Shown in pieces: positions 12,202 through 24,389 of a stretch of DNA of 64,000 nucleotides. Within the stretch, counting starts at the first letter, position 1. Each line of letters begins with the position of its first letter. The position numbers and the translations under genes are program-made. Below the pieces are notes generated by a model, which worked only from the letters and a program-made list of their open reading frames with translations, did no database searches and had not been told where the DNA came from. The stretch is from Paecilomyces variotii (taxonomy: Eukaryota): NCBI GenBank assembly GCA_004022145.1, contig RCNU01000001.1; one strand, given 5' to 3'.

Positions 12202-13989
12202 TGTGTATCAAGATCGACTAAGAGAAAGTGAGTGACGCTGCTGCAGGAAGCGGCACGATGCGTAGAAAGACAGCTATAGTGTATTTCTGGCACCCCATCA
12301 GAGGTAACTTCCACAATATCTACTGCGCTGGAAACTAGAGATTCAAGCTAGCTTTCAGACACAGATACCGGACAATGATTTTCACAGCGATTAGCGGATG
12401 ATCTGCCTTGAGATCGAAGTACACAGCATAAGAGAACGTCAGCTTCAGCTCCAGCTTCCACCAGATACACTGGCCCGTAGGGGCATGTGAATGATATGAA
12501 TGGAATGTCAGACCAGGAGAGGGCTACATGATAGGCGAGTGTCTCTCAAGATGCGCTGATAGACAAGACCACACAGTGGGTCTTCCTGTGCCTTGCAGAC
12601 AGCTATCATCCCTATATGCCAATCCACATCAGTATAACACGATGAAGTATGGAGCAATAGCATGTAGCAATAATAGCAACGGCGGCTTTGGCATCCCAAA
12701 CGCCGCCAATAATATAGTTCGCTGCTCAGACCAGGACCTCTAAAAGCAACTACCAGAATAGGTTTGCCTATCGGGAGCTACCATTCAATAGCTCTGTAAC
12801 AGGGACCCGATCCTTCGGGTCCCACTTGTATGATCTTCGTGAACAGGTGGATCGTGCCATCGTCACAGGCCGCAGATCTGCCAAGAGAAAGCTTGATGTC
12901 TGGCCAAGAAGAGATGAGATTGAGTTCTGGAACGGCGAATATTTAGACTGACATTGACATCAGCATCAACAACGTCTGGCACCAGCCACTCCAGGTAATT
13001 TGGTTGTTCAAGAATCTGTAATCACAATGGCTAACGTGCGTCGACGGAGTCCCGGGCTAACGGATCATGGCGCTTGCGCTATCCAACTAGGCTCTATAGT
13101 ACGAAAGTACGGAGTACAGTATATACCATCAACATCTGGCCACCTGGACGTTCCTCGCGTAATGCAGACTACCCAGATGCCAACAGCGGGACATGGCGGG
13201 CCATCGCGACGCGCTTCCGTGGAAGCAACCTTGAGTGAGCAGACACAGTTTGCCATCCAACCGATATCTCACAGGACAATCTGAGAAAGAAAATTGGAAA
13301 GCAGCAACACAGCTGTAGCGAGTTTGGGATAGTTAACTATAGCAAGTCTCAGCTGCCGACGGGAGATCTGCAGGGGTATCGACGCCACGACGAAGATCAT
13401 GTATCGCGATGGACCTATCACGGTGGACCATCTATCCCTCTTTATCGCCGCCCAACAGGCGTGTCGCCGATACTCAGTGTTCATTCTGGTGTATTCTGTG
13501 CTATCGAGTAGAAATTCAGGAGATCATGTATGGAGTAACTAGTCCTTACCTCGTGCCCTCTTCTACTTCGCCCCACGTAAGCGACACGGCCGCATTGCCA
13601 GGTTTCACCGTTACTGGAGTTCTTTTAAATTGTCTGAAAGCAACACCCATGGCGTATAACGATGTAGTGAGGTAGGAGGTCTCGGAAAAGACACTAGAGT
13701 ATGGTATATCTACGGAGTACGGAGGAGGCTGTGAAGAGTCCTGGAAGGGGCTAGCGACTTGCTTGCATCCATAGATTCCAGCACTTTCGTCTACGCAGTT
13801 CCCTAATACGCAAGGAGGCCCCTCCCACCAATAAATATAGACTGTGCATACCTGTCTTACGTAGGGCCAGAACACTATACCATCCTTAGCATAGACTCCA
13901 TGATAACAGATAATACAGATATCCATTCGTTATATTGCACTCACACAACAAACAAAATTAACCCCAGCCCCAAATATCTAAATCCCCAG

Positions 13990-14950
13990 CATTACAAAAC
14001 CACGCACCCTTCAATAATTCCTTCGCAGTCGTTCTCAAGCCTCATAATCTTTAAAACAAACTCCTGATCTTCCTTAAATACATCCTTTTCCATGATCGGG
14101 GAAAAAGCTCCCTCTTGTCAGGCGGTATACTCCGCGTAACATACACTAACACATTCAATAGATCCGGCGGACATATCTCTCGACACATCATACGTCAAGA
14201 AACGGACAGAAGAAGTCACATTCTCGTTGAACAGTCCTTAATTCGTATTCTTCGTAGTCTGCAGGGAGTATTAGTCTGAATATCAAGAATTAATTCCCGT
14301 AGAGCATAGTTATCACTTATTCAAGTCAGCAACTTCTAGAATATATATATATATATACATGTCCATATATTACGTGTCGATGTATTATACATAGTACAGC
14401 ACCAAATAACCATATATATCCATCGCGCTTCAGGATTTCTCCAAATAGTAGACGTGCTCCGATGAGATTGTCATCCTCAGCACATAACGATGCTACCGCA
14501 ATCTAACTTAAATATCTGTAAAGCGCACTTCTCCATTTCCCCACCAATAGTTGACGAGAGGATTATCCGGCTTAAAGGTATCCATTTATCCAATAAAAAA
14601 AAAATTATAATCCATATATTATTCAGAGGGATCCCGCCTTATGCAGAATTTTTTAAAAACCCCAAGACCACTTCGCGCAACGTACTTAGATGAATCTAGA
14701 GCGTAATGTCGGAGAATGCAGTGTATAGTACATATATGTACATACTTCTCGATGCTGCATCGCACTCACTGTTCCTGGGCCCCGCCCCGCTTTCATCTTG
14801 AACAACATCAAGACGTCTCTTTTCTCACCGTATATGACAATCTGAGTTCTCGACCCCACTATAAAACCCTGAGACTCACAATTGCTTCAACGTGTGAATT
14901 TTGTTGCCACTTTATATCCCTTTTTCTTCTAGAAAACGAAAACCACAAAA
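13990..14950 (-). pseudogene. Decayed fungal Ser/Thr protein-kinase-like gene
   Basis: Collinear kinase fragments on the minus strand: RDVL, KYVAR, DTFKPDNPLVNY..VRFTDI* (14582-14514), LDCGSIV, IWRNPEA (14446-14426), DYEEYEL, EDQEFVLKIMRL, TAKELLKGAWF (14029-13997), broken by stops and frameshifts. Confidence 0.8.
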
Positions 14951-17900
14951 CGAGTCTATAGATTCATTCCTCCAAGATTCCTCCTATACCCTAAATCATG
15001 CCTGGACCCTCAGACCCGAAGCAACGGAGTCGGATCGAAGAGGCCTCTACGGGAGAAGATGTCTTGGTTCGGTTTGAGGGAGCTGATCGATTTGCCTGGC
15101 TATCATATGGGGGTGGAGCAGAAGAATTATGCGGAATGCGAAGTCAGAGATGATTGAGGGAAAAGAGAGCTGTGATGAATTGTGGTTTTATCTCGGATGA
15201 TAAGAGCATGGGGTTTATATTCTGCTGGGTTCGGGAGGATCTTTGATAGTTTAAAATATTTTTTTTTTCTGCTTGGCCTTCCTGGTCTATACTCAATGCT
15301 CGTAGTGCAGAATTATCTCAAAAACGACTCCAGACACGAACTGCTATTCTTCATGTTTATCAAAGAGATATATTCATCTCTAAAGAAATTTAGCCCACAG
15401 GGGATTATTTAATAGCATGCTAGAAGCTGTTTTGACAAACCGAGAGCCAGATAATAATGAGTTAGTGAGAGATGCAAGAACCCTGAGATCAGTCTGGCCC
15501 TTTGATATCTCAGAGATTTCAAGGGTATGACAGGCTGAGGCTCGAGTCATAAAAGTGTACCTCGAAAGCGCGGAGGTGTCATTTCCCGCCGTTCTGTCGG
15601 CAAGATACGGATCTAGCGTCTTCTATTGTTCTTGGTCTAGCCTTGTCTCCGTCCCGTCGCGATCGATCTGTACCCCGCGAGCGCCTACTCCGTAGAGGCG
15701 GGGGAGTAAGTAGCTTGGCTGTCCGTGGAGAGGGGTTTTCCCGACAGAATTTTATGGATGGAGGGGCTGGCGGGATAAGAGCTCCTTTTGGAGACCAGAC
15801 ATCACGACGACGACGACAGACAGAAAATCTCCGTGAAATAAATACCCCATGGCGAAGTCAAGGCTAGTCAGACGGGACTCCTATTCTATTATTATTTAGC
15901 TGTGCGCTCTTCAGGAGAATAATGAATTCCCCTGTCGGATATACCACCGGGAAGTCATCCGTCGGGCCGAGTCGGGTATACCATAGACTATCAGTAATCC
16001 TGAACAAAGCAGCGCCATGACGTAGCCAGGGAAGAGAGATTAACCTAGAGAAACCGATGGTATGAGTGGTCAGCGATTCACGTCCTGCGCGTTAAAAAAG
16101 AAAAAAGAAATAAATCTCTTCTAGGATTCCACAGCCCCCCCCCACGGCTTCGGGGAATGTAGGAAGAGTGAAGACGGCCATGAAACAGTAATGTGGGTAC
16201 AAAGATGCTTTCTTCGCAATGAAAGCCGAGCCCGGAACAAACAGGAAAGGGGGGAAATGACTCTGCTAATAGTTGGTGCCGGGGGACTATTGTTATTGCG
16301 CTATTTGGGCTCACGATTCGAGCCCGATGGGTAATGTCGGGACTGCTCTCTATAGTCTGGGTAAAAAAAATGTCGCAGATGGCCGGGATGTCAAACTGCA
16401 TCGGCAACGAAGGGACAAGGCAAACCGACGCTGGAACCGAAGGTTCGGCTGATAGCGCAGACAGATATGCTTGTGTCTGCAGCAGCCTTGTAGAGCCCAT
16501 ATTGATAGGCAAGATAGAATCACTTGCGATAGATAGGAGAAACCCGGGCGCCGCAGCGATTCTTCCGGCTAGAAAATCCCGCGGATGATTGGTCTGGTTG
16601 CTTTGTAAATATGATTCCATCGTCTAGACCGTCCATTCGCTAGATAGTATACCTCTCTACCGGTTAGGGTCGAATGGAAGCCGTATTCGATCGATCTTCG
16701 AACGGCTAGCGACCCATTTACTCTCGACATGGCCGGGTGATGCATGTACGGCGTACTACTACTATCGGCCCGTTCTGGCCACGCGTAAGAATGGACAAAG
16801 GGCGATTATCTCTCGACGCTGTATGCCCCTTAGCGGCAGTCAGTGGAGCTCGCGGCCATATTCTACGTAATAGTTTGCAACCGTTTTGCGTCGCAGAGCT
16901 GAGACATCTATTATTATTATTATTATTATTTTTATTGTTTTCGGGCATCTAGATCGTGCAGCATTACTCTAGCTCTCTCTGGCCCCGTGACAGGTTGGGT
17001 CGTTCGATATTGAGGATTTCCCGTGGAAGGGCGAAAAGGACAACCGACGGTGGGTCACGGATCTGGCTGCTTGGATCAACCCCCTCGTCGGTATACCATA
17101 TGGTAATTCTGGCTGGAGATGTCTGGATGTCCAAGTCTCGAAAACGAAGGACCCAAAGTCACAGTGCTCGACTCGCGTCATCGATTCTGGTCTCTTGGGT
17201 GGATTTTCTGGGGTTGCCGGGCCAGGGACAGTGGCGACGGTATCCGGCGGACAAAAGGCCTGACAAAGACTGGCTGAAGTTTTTTCTGGATTCTTGGGTT
17301 CTGGGGAAAGATCCGCAGCCGGACGCTATGGTTATGACTAACGGCGGTTCTCCGCATGCGAGCACTTAGTGGCGGATCAAGGGAGTTGACGCTATTCCCA
17401 GCCTGTTTGCCCCGAGTTTTCTCCCACGCCGTGCTAGACTAGCGGATGCGTCCTGGTGTGGCGGGTAACACGTAAATAGCTCTTGATCCTGGTTGGCGGC
17501 CGCATTCGAGGATAGGTCTCGTGTCTAGTAGAGGGGCAGAACTGCTGCGAAGAACAGCGGGGTCGAACAGAATAGTTTCCGGCAAAAAAAGAAGAAAAGA
17601 AAAATAATAATAATAATTGTAAAAACGAAAGGATGGAATATAGAACTATGAGGTCAGACCAGAAGCTAGTCAGTCGAATGCCAAAGCCGTCGTAGTAAAA
17701 GGATGCATCGCGGGGTGTTTTTGGTTGTGTCGAAAGTCAAAGAGTAGAGATGATGCGGTCATTGGCAGCGAGTGAGATCATCGCGCCGTCTCCGCATCCA
17801 CGTTCGTCAGGATGTCCTTCCTGCTGGCCAGCAAGAAGACTCTGTCCGGGTGCAGGTGGGAGGTATTATGATTGTGTCTCTGCAACATAAAAGCAAGCAA

Positions 17901-18240
17901 CCCAGAGGCTTCTGTAATAATTCTACACTGCTCTTCCGCATGCAACGGATCCTATTCTATTATTCTGTCATCTGTAACAACCAGCTTGCCTCGACAGCTT
18001 TTTTGCTGCAATATCTGCAATATCTGCAACACCTGCAACAACATCCGGTAAGTAGGATCTCTCCTAACAATAATAATTCCGACCGGGACCTAGACTATCT
18101 ATCATCTGGAGCATATCGATCCAGTTCGTACTCCACTACGGAGTATCGACAGGAACTAGTCGCCATCGAGCCCCTTTCTTAGCACAGTTTCTTGCTATCG
18201 CCGCGTGGTTCCGGCTTCACTTCGTGGAACAACTGCTGAT

Positions 18241-18297
18241 CGGGACATCTCGGACAGCCGCAAGTGCCTCGTCTCCAGAACCGCCCGATATCTCCCG
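18241..18297. promoter_or_regulatory. Pair of AcuK/AcuM-type sites (CGG-N7-CGG 18241-18253; CCG-N7-CCG 18285-18297)
   Basis: Two exact matches within 60 bp, 210-270 bp upstream of the PEPCK ATG; CCGN7CCG is the reported AcuK/AcuM site in Aspergillus gluconeogenic promoters. Confidence 0.6.
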
Positions 18298-18506
18298 TCC
18301 GAGTGTGGAGAAAGACGTAGGATTGTCAGCCCAAACAAGCGTCTCTGCTATCATCATCGACCATGAATCCGGCCGCTGCTGTCCCTGCTGCTGGCAGTCA
18401 TATACCCCAGGTCCGCCCGGCCTCTCCAGGTCCTCAGCACTCTGATTTTGTCCGCCAGCAAGTCGCGAGACATCGAAACAATAATTATCATTCATCTTCA
18501 CTCAAA

Positions 18507-20776
18507 ATGGTCGCCTCATCTGTCAATCGTACTGCCCTCCACCCTGGTGGTGTCCAGTGAGTCGTCCCTCTTGTCCATTGCATTGCCTGATAGATATCGA
18601 TGTCGTTCTATACCATACTCATGGACCACAACATCGTCTATCATCATTTGGACTTATATTGTTCGGAACCATGTTGTGATGCTAACTCCATCTCTCTTAT
18701 CCAGGCCGGGCAAGGGTCACACTGAACTCGAGGAGGAACTCCACGAGACCGCGCACATTGACTATGACCGTGTCGCTATTGTAAGCACCCTGCAAAACCT
18801 GTCTGACTTTTGATACATATTCACTGTTGGCTAACCCACTCGACAGATTGCCAACCCCTCCGTCGCCGCCCTCTACGAGGATGCCCTTGTCTACGAGACC
18901 GGTAGTGCCATCACATCCAGCGGTGCTCTGACCGCATACTCTGGTGCCAAAACTGGCCGTTCGCCCTCCGACAAGCGTATCGTCCGGGAGCCCTCTTCAG
19001 AGAAGGATGTCTGGTGGGGTCCTGTCAACAAGCCCATGAGCCCTGACGTATGTATCCCTATTTACTACTACAGCCATTGTTATGCATGTTCCACCTGTTG
19101 TTCCCTGGTGATGACGGTGATCGATTCTACTATCGGCATCGGCATTTCCCTTGCAGCGGCTCCACCATAGCTCCCCTCCCCTTGCAGATGACAAGCTTCG
19201 TCAAGCTTTCTGTCACAGAAACGCTGCGAGGAATGGGCAGGATTGCCTCAAATGATTCTGCTCTGCAAATACCCTTTTTCGTATTTGGGAGACATTTCCA
19301 TTTGTTTCTTGGCCCTGATTTCCGCTGTGCAACCCCTCGGCCCCTTTGCCTCGGCCATCCTTCCGGTTCCCCGCATTCCCGCACCGGGTCACGTGGTGTG
19401 ATATCATCGGTTGCTAATGTCTCTTCCAGGTCTGGCGCATCAACCGCGAGCGTGCAGTCGACTACCTCAACACCCGGAACCGTATCTACGTTATTGACGG
19501 CTTTGCTGGCTGGGATGAGAGATACCGTATCAACGTCCGCGTTGTCTGCGCCCGTGCCTACCATGCCCTGTTCATGCGCAACATGCTCATCCGTCCTACC
19601 AAGGAGGAGCTCGAGCACTTCCACCCTGACTATGTCATCTACAACGCCGGTTCCTTCCCGGCTAACCGCTTCACCGAGGGTATGACCTCGGCCACCTCCG
19701 TTGCTATCAACTTTGCCGAGAAGGAGATGGTCATCCTGGGTACCGAGTATGCCGGTGAAATGAAGAAGGGTGTCTTCACCGTCCTCTTCTACGAGATGCC
19801 CGTCAAGCACAACGTCCTGACCCTGCACTCCTCCGCCAACCAGGGCCCCGATGGCGACGTCACCGTCTTCTTCGGTCTGTCCGGAACTGGTAAGACCACG
19901 CTGTCTGCCGACCCCAAGCGTGCTCTGATCGGTGATGACGAGCACTGCTGGACCGACAAGGGTGTCTTCAACATCGAGGGTGGCTGCTACGCCAAGTGCA
20001 TTGGTCTGTCCGCTGAGAAGGAGCCCGACATTTTCAACGCCATCCGCTTCGGATCCGTCCTGGAGAACGTTGTCTTCGACCCTACCACCCGTGTTGTCGA
20101 CTACGACGATGCCACCCTCACCGAGAACACCCGCTGCGCCTACCCCATTGAGTACATCCACAACGCCCTCATCCCCTGCGTCAGCCAGAAGCACCCCTCC
20201 AACATCATCTTGCTTACCTGCGACGCCCGTGGTGTCCTGCCCCCGATCTCCAAGCTCACCACTGAGCAGACCATGTTCCACTTCATCTCCGGATACACCT
20301 CCAAGATGGCTGGTACTGAGGATGGTGTCACGGAGCCCCAGGCTACCTTCTCGTCTTGCTTCGCTCAGCCCTTCCTGGCTCTGCACCCCATGCGCTACGC
20401 CCGCATGCTGGCCGACAAGATCTCCGAACACAAGGCTAACGCCTGGCTGCTCAACACCGGCTGGGTTGGCGCTGGCGCCACCACTGGCGGTAAGCGTTGC
20501 CCACTGAAGTACACTCGTGCCATCCTCGATGCCATTCACAGCGGTGAGCTCGCCAATGTTGAGTACGAAACCTACGAGGTCTTCAACCTGCACGTCCCCA
20601 AGAGCTGCCCCGGTGTTCCCAGCGAGCTGCTCAACCCCAAGAGGAGCTGGGTCGCCACCACCAGCTTCGAGGACGAGGTCAACAAGCTGGGCAAGCTGTT
20701 CAACGAGAACTTCAAGAAGTACGAGAGCGAGGCCACCAAGGAGGTGCTTGCCGCTGCTCCTGTCCTGAAGCAGTAA
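18507..20776 (+). CDS. acuF: Phosphoenolpyruvate carboxykinase (ATP) (exons 18507-18556, 18705-18780, 18847-19047, 19430-20776)
   Basis: [17 protein letters not shown], kinase-1a [35 protein letters not shown] motifs; strong codon bias. Confidence 0.98.
19108..19318 (+). ncRNA. Candidate structured intronic RNA element (box C/D-like termini) in PEPCK intron 3
   Basis: GTGATGA (box C-like) at 19108-19114, CTGA at 19315-19318, and at least four hairpins/long stems between them; no family recognised. Confidence 0.35.
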
Positions 20777-22594
20777 ATGCCAGAAACTCTTTCGGGTTTG
20801 CGATGACGTCCCTCCAGCGGCTACTGGGGATGTCGGGATATGGGTCTTTTTTTTTTGGTCTAGATTGTGTTTTTTGCATTGCATCGTGCGTGTGTCGTTT
20901 CAATTTCCTAGCATTACTACCCCTGATGTCCGCGACTCTCGCGATATGATGGCCTGAGTCTTTCAATGTTTTTGGTTGATGTGCTTGTTTCCCTATATAA
21001 TGAAGATCTGATGATCTCTGGGAAGACTCGAAAGCGATGTCGGCCGTGTCTGAACGGATGCCCTGGCGCTCCCAGATGTGAGAAATAAAAAGCCGATCTA
21101 TTTAGTATAATCAATACATTGAATAAGCACTTATTCTCTTCCAATACTGTAGTCGTCAACATGATGTAAGTTTCCATAAGACTATTTATCCACTTGATTA
21201 AGTAGACTTGTATTGAATTAAATACCATTTCATCCCCTTGTCCCTCCGCAGCAACTCAGAAACAGCCAGCTAGAATAAACGGAAAAGCTCCAAAATAAAG
21301 AAATCACGTCAGCGTCAGCCTGACTGGATCAGATATACCCGCGTAGACGTGGTAGTCCATCCTATTGACTGAGATAAATAACCCCGGACGAAGCCATTTG
21401 ACGAAGCCTTATTCATGACAGAATCGTCTCCAGGACGTTATGTACATACATACATACATACATGGAAAAGTGATCATCGCTTCTTCATCTCAGTTATGTA
21501 TATGTAAAGCTAACTAACTAGCTGAGATGTCTGCGACCTGTCTCGGAGCACGCGCACGCGCACGCACATACTTACTTGGCAGCGAGATAATTGGCCTCGC
21601 TGGAATCGACAAGTGGCTACTAGTTAGGTTATATAGATATGGCGAAGGAAGTTGGTAGGGTCGAAGAAGGAATAAATAATTTTATTTCTTTTCTTTTCTT
21701 TTCTTTTTTTCCGAGTAGATGATGATTACTTATGTTTTTGATTGATAACTAGTTTTGACATATATATATTCTAGTTCTGGTTTTTATTGTAGCTTTTTTT
21801 TTTTTTTTTTTTCCTAGTGATTAGATCAGGATTGAGTTGATTGTTGGGAAGGAATAATATGCATTTTTCTTTTCTAAGTTTCTGTGTTTGTTTGGTCTAT
21901 TGACTTTCAGTCACAGCCGGGATAATAAAATACCATGCATTATCACGAATGGTTTAGGCACAGCCCTCCTTTTCGAATTATAATCAATCATCAGAGAGAA
22001 GAGAATGATATTGATTGTCGAAGATATTCATTCGAGCACAGGCAAAAAAAAAAGAGGAACTGGATACCAGGATGATTTTCACACCCTGTCATCAGAGTGG
22101 TATTGATTTATTCATTTATTTACAGAATATTCATCTGTATAGATAGGATCAAGCAGGTAAAACTTATCTCGCAGAATGGAACAAGGGGAATATTATATAG
22201 ATAAAGCAGAGATTTAATCAGATCCAAAAAAAAAAGCGTATAAATAAGCCCTCCGGAGGAAATCTATCCTCTAGCCCCATCTGTGCTTCCACTTCATAGC
22301 TAGCTGCGATGCGGTTTCGATGCTGCGTCGAGGAGCCCTAACTAGTCTGAAGCTGAATCCCAACTCAATGGATTGAGAGGCGATACATGGAACCCGCATT
22401 ATGTGTCGAGATGTATGAAAAGTTATGCGACGACGACAACTTTTCAGAACGCAAAGCGTGTGTTAAGTAGGTAAGGTAATCATGATCGTATCATCCGAGG
22501 ACGTCGTCGAGTTCGCTGTGCGCAAAACGGCAGTGTGTCTCTGATATGTATGGTAATGTGCACAAACAACCCAACAGATGGCTTTAGAAGCCAT

Positions 22595-23654
22595 CTATTT
22601 GGTGATGAAGTTCAGGTAATCGGCGACGATGAGAGTGACCATTCTATACATAAACGTTCATGTTAGCGCGGCTGTCAAAAGAGGGGACTGGGTGGGGGGG
22701 AGACACTAACGCATGGGGCGCGATCCGCACATAGTAAGTGCCGAAACCGCGATAGAATCTCAACCAACCCTCATCGCGCACCACCTTGCGAGCGCAGTCA
22801 AGCACTCCCCGGTAGGGCAGCTGGCCAGTCTTGGGGTCCTTCTGCTGCTTCTGGAGGCGGGTCTTGATGAAGTCGAAGGGAAGAGAGAGGAAACTGGCGA
22901 AGAATCCGGCAATGGCGGACGCGGCAAAGGTCTGGTTGCGCTGCGACAGGTTGGTGTGAGCCTTCAGCTGGGACTTGGACTCAGCGAAGAAGGTCAGCTG
23001 TCCGAAGTTGAGCGCCATCGCGCGAACGACTGTTGGGAGTGCTCCTGCCCAGAGAGCGCCGATTCCTTCGGTCTTGGTGATCCGGACCAGGGCGTCAATG
23101 ACAGAGCGATAGTTGGCACGCGCCTCGGGCGGCTTCAAACCATCCGACTGCATACGGATGAGCGCCAGATCCGCAGGGTTTCCAATCATGGCAGCGAATC
23201 CACCGGCCGCCAAACCTGCCCCTGCACGCTCTCTGAATGAGATTTTCTGTCCTTTGGACTCGGCGTTCTTGTTCAGAGTGGTGATGAATGTGTCGAAGAT
23301 TCCCAGTCGGGCGGTGGTATAGACAGCCTGTCGAAGCAGACCTGCGGACAATCCAGTGTAGAGATCAAGGACCTTTCCGGACCTGATGATGTCCTTGGTG
23401 ACGCTAAAGGCTGTCGGACGGGGACCCTCTCGCACACCTTCTCCGGCCAGCTGCAGGCGGACCTTGATCATGTCAATGGGCTGGACTACAGCCGTGGCGC
23501 TCATACCGGCGAGACCGCCATTGACGAAAGGGAGCACTGCTCGGGTGTATGGGTGGTGGAGGAAGGAAGAAGTTGTTTTCGAGGGGTTCTCAATCTTCTC
23601 CTGTGCCGAGTTGGCCGCACTTGCGGCGGCTTCCTTGACCGAGCTGGATGCCAT
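22595..23654 (-). CDS. Mitochondrial carrier, 2-oxoglutarate/malate (dicarboxylate) type (intron 22710-22644)
   Basis: Three PX[DE]XX[KR]X[RK] motifs (PIDMIKVRLQ, PADLALIRMQ, PFDFIKTRLQ), GLSAGLLRQAVYTTARLG, YYVRIAPHA/MVTLIV. Confidence 0.93.
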
Positions 23655-23702
23655 GGTCGAATATAGAATCAAGTATCCGCGAGGGATGTCTAGCTCAATT
23701 GG

Positions 23703-23706
<4 letters not shown>

Positions 23707-23733
<27 letters not shown>
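23707..23733. repeat. (TA)n microsatellite upstream of carrier ATG
   Basis: About 13 TA units. Confidence 0.9.
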
Positions 23734-24389
23734 CTGCAGCGGAATATCAGCCATGGCTCATCGAAGGTAATCGCAGCATGATTCCGTGGGCAGACGGGAG
23801 ATTCTCGTGCAGATATCTTACCGGGTGATAAACAAGGATGAGCGCCTTAAACGTGAATTTCGCCAGTACTGGTTCTTCTTTCTCTCGGTCTGTCACAGCC
23901 AATCACTACGTGGCAGCGATAGATGATCTATATATAATATATATAGATATACGTGTGAATCAAAGATCTCGACGAGACGGTGACCGCTGAATGCTGTGCG
24001 GAGGGGAAGCTGCAGAGGACGAACGGAGCCCAACCGATGAGGGGAGGCCTGAAACTATACTCTCCGGTGTAACTGGGTATTCTTGTCGATGTTGGGGAAA
24101 TGAGGAGATCTGGGGAGGGGAAGATGCCGGTCACGAGGTTGGACGGAAGGGTATAATATGAGATGGAATAAGATCAGGCCACACGGGGCAAGCTACCTGG
24201 CTGCTGGCAGAGAGAGAACTGTCTAAATTTGACCAACTGGGAAACACGAGGGGATGCGGGGAAGCAAGATGATGTGTCTTGTGTAGCGATGTTCTGGTGC
24301 AATGACCGAGGGAGAAGACGGGGTAGATGTATTCGAGCCAGCAGCTTGTCTAACTATGTATTACTTACTTACTCCTGGGAGGGGAATAA

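Noticed and set aside
16667-16715. Imperfect hairpin GGGTCG...GCCG..TTCGA/TCGAA.CGGC...CGACCC, possibly tRNA-like
   Set aside because: No cloverleaf or A/B boxes; the stems are short enough to be chance.
20774-20806. Stop-codon read-through of PEPCK to a cryptic peroxisomal signal
   Set aside because: The stop is TAA without a TGA-CTA context, and the extension ends in GLR, not a PTS1.
19130-20884. 584-aa antisense ORF and 191-aa alternative-frame ORF over PEPCK
   Set aside because: Shadow ORFs caused by strong C-ending codon bias; no recognisable domain.
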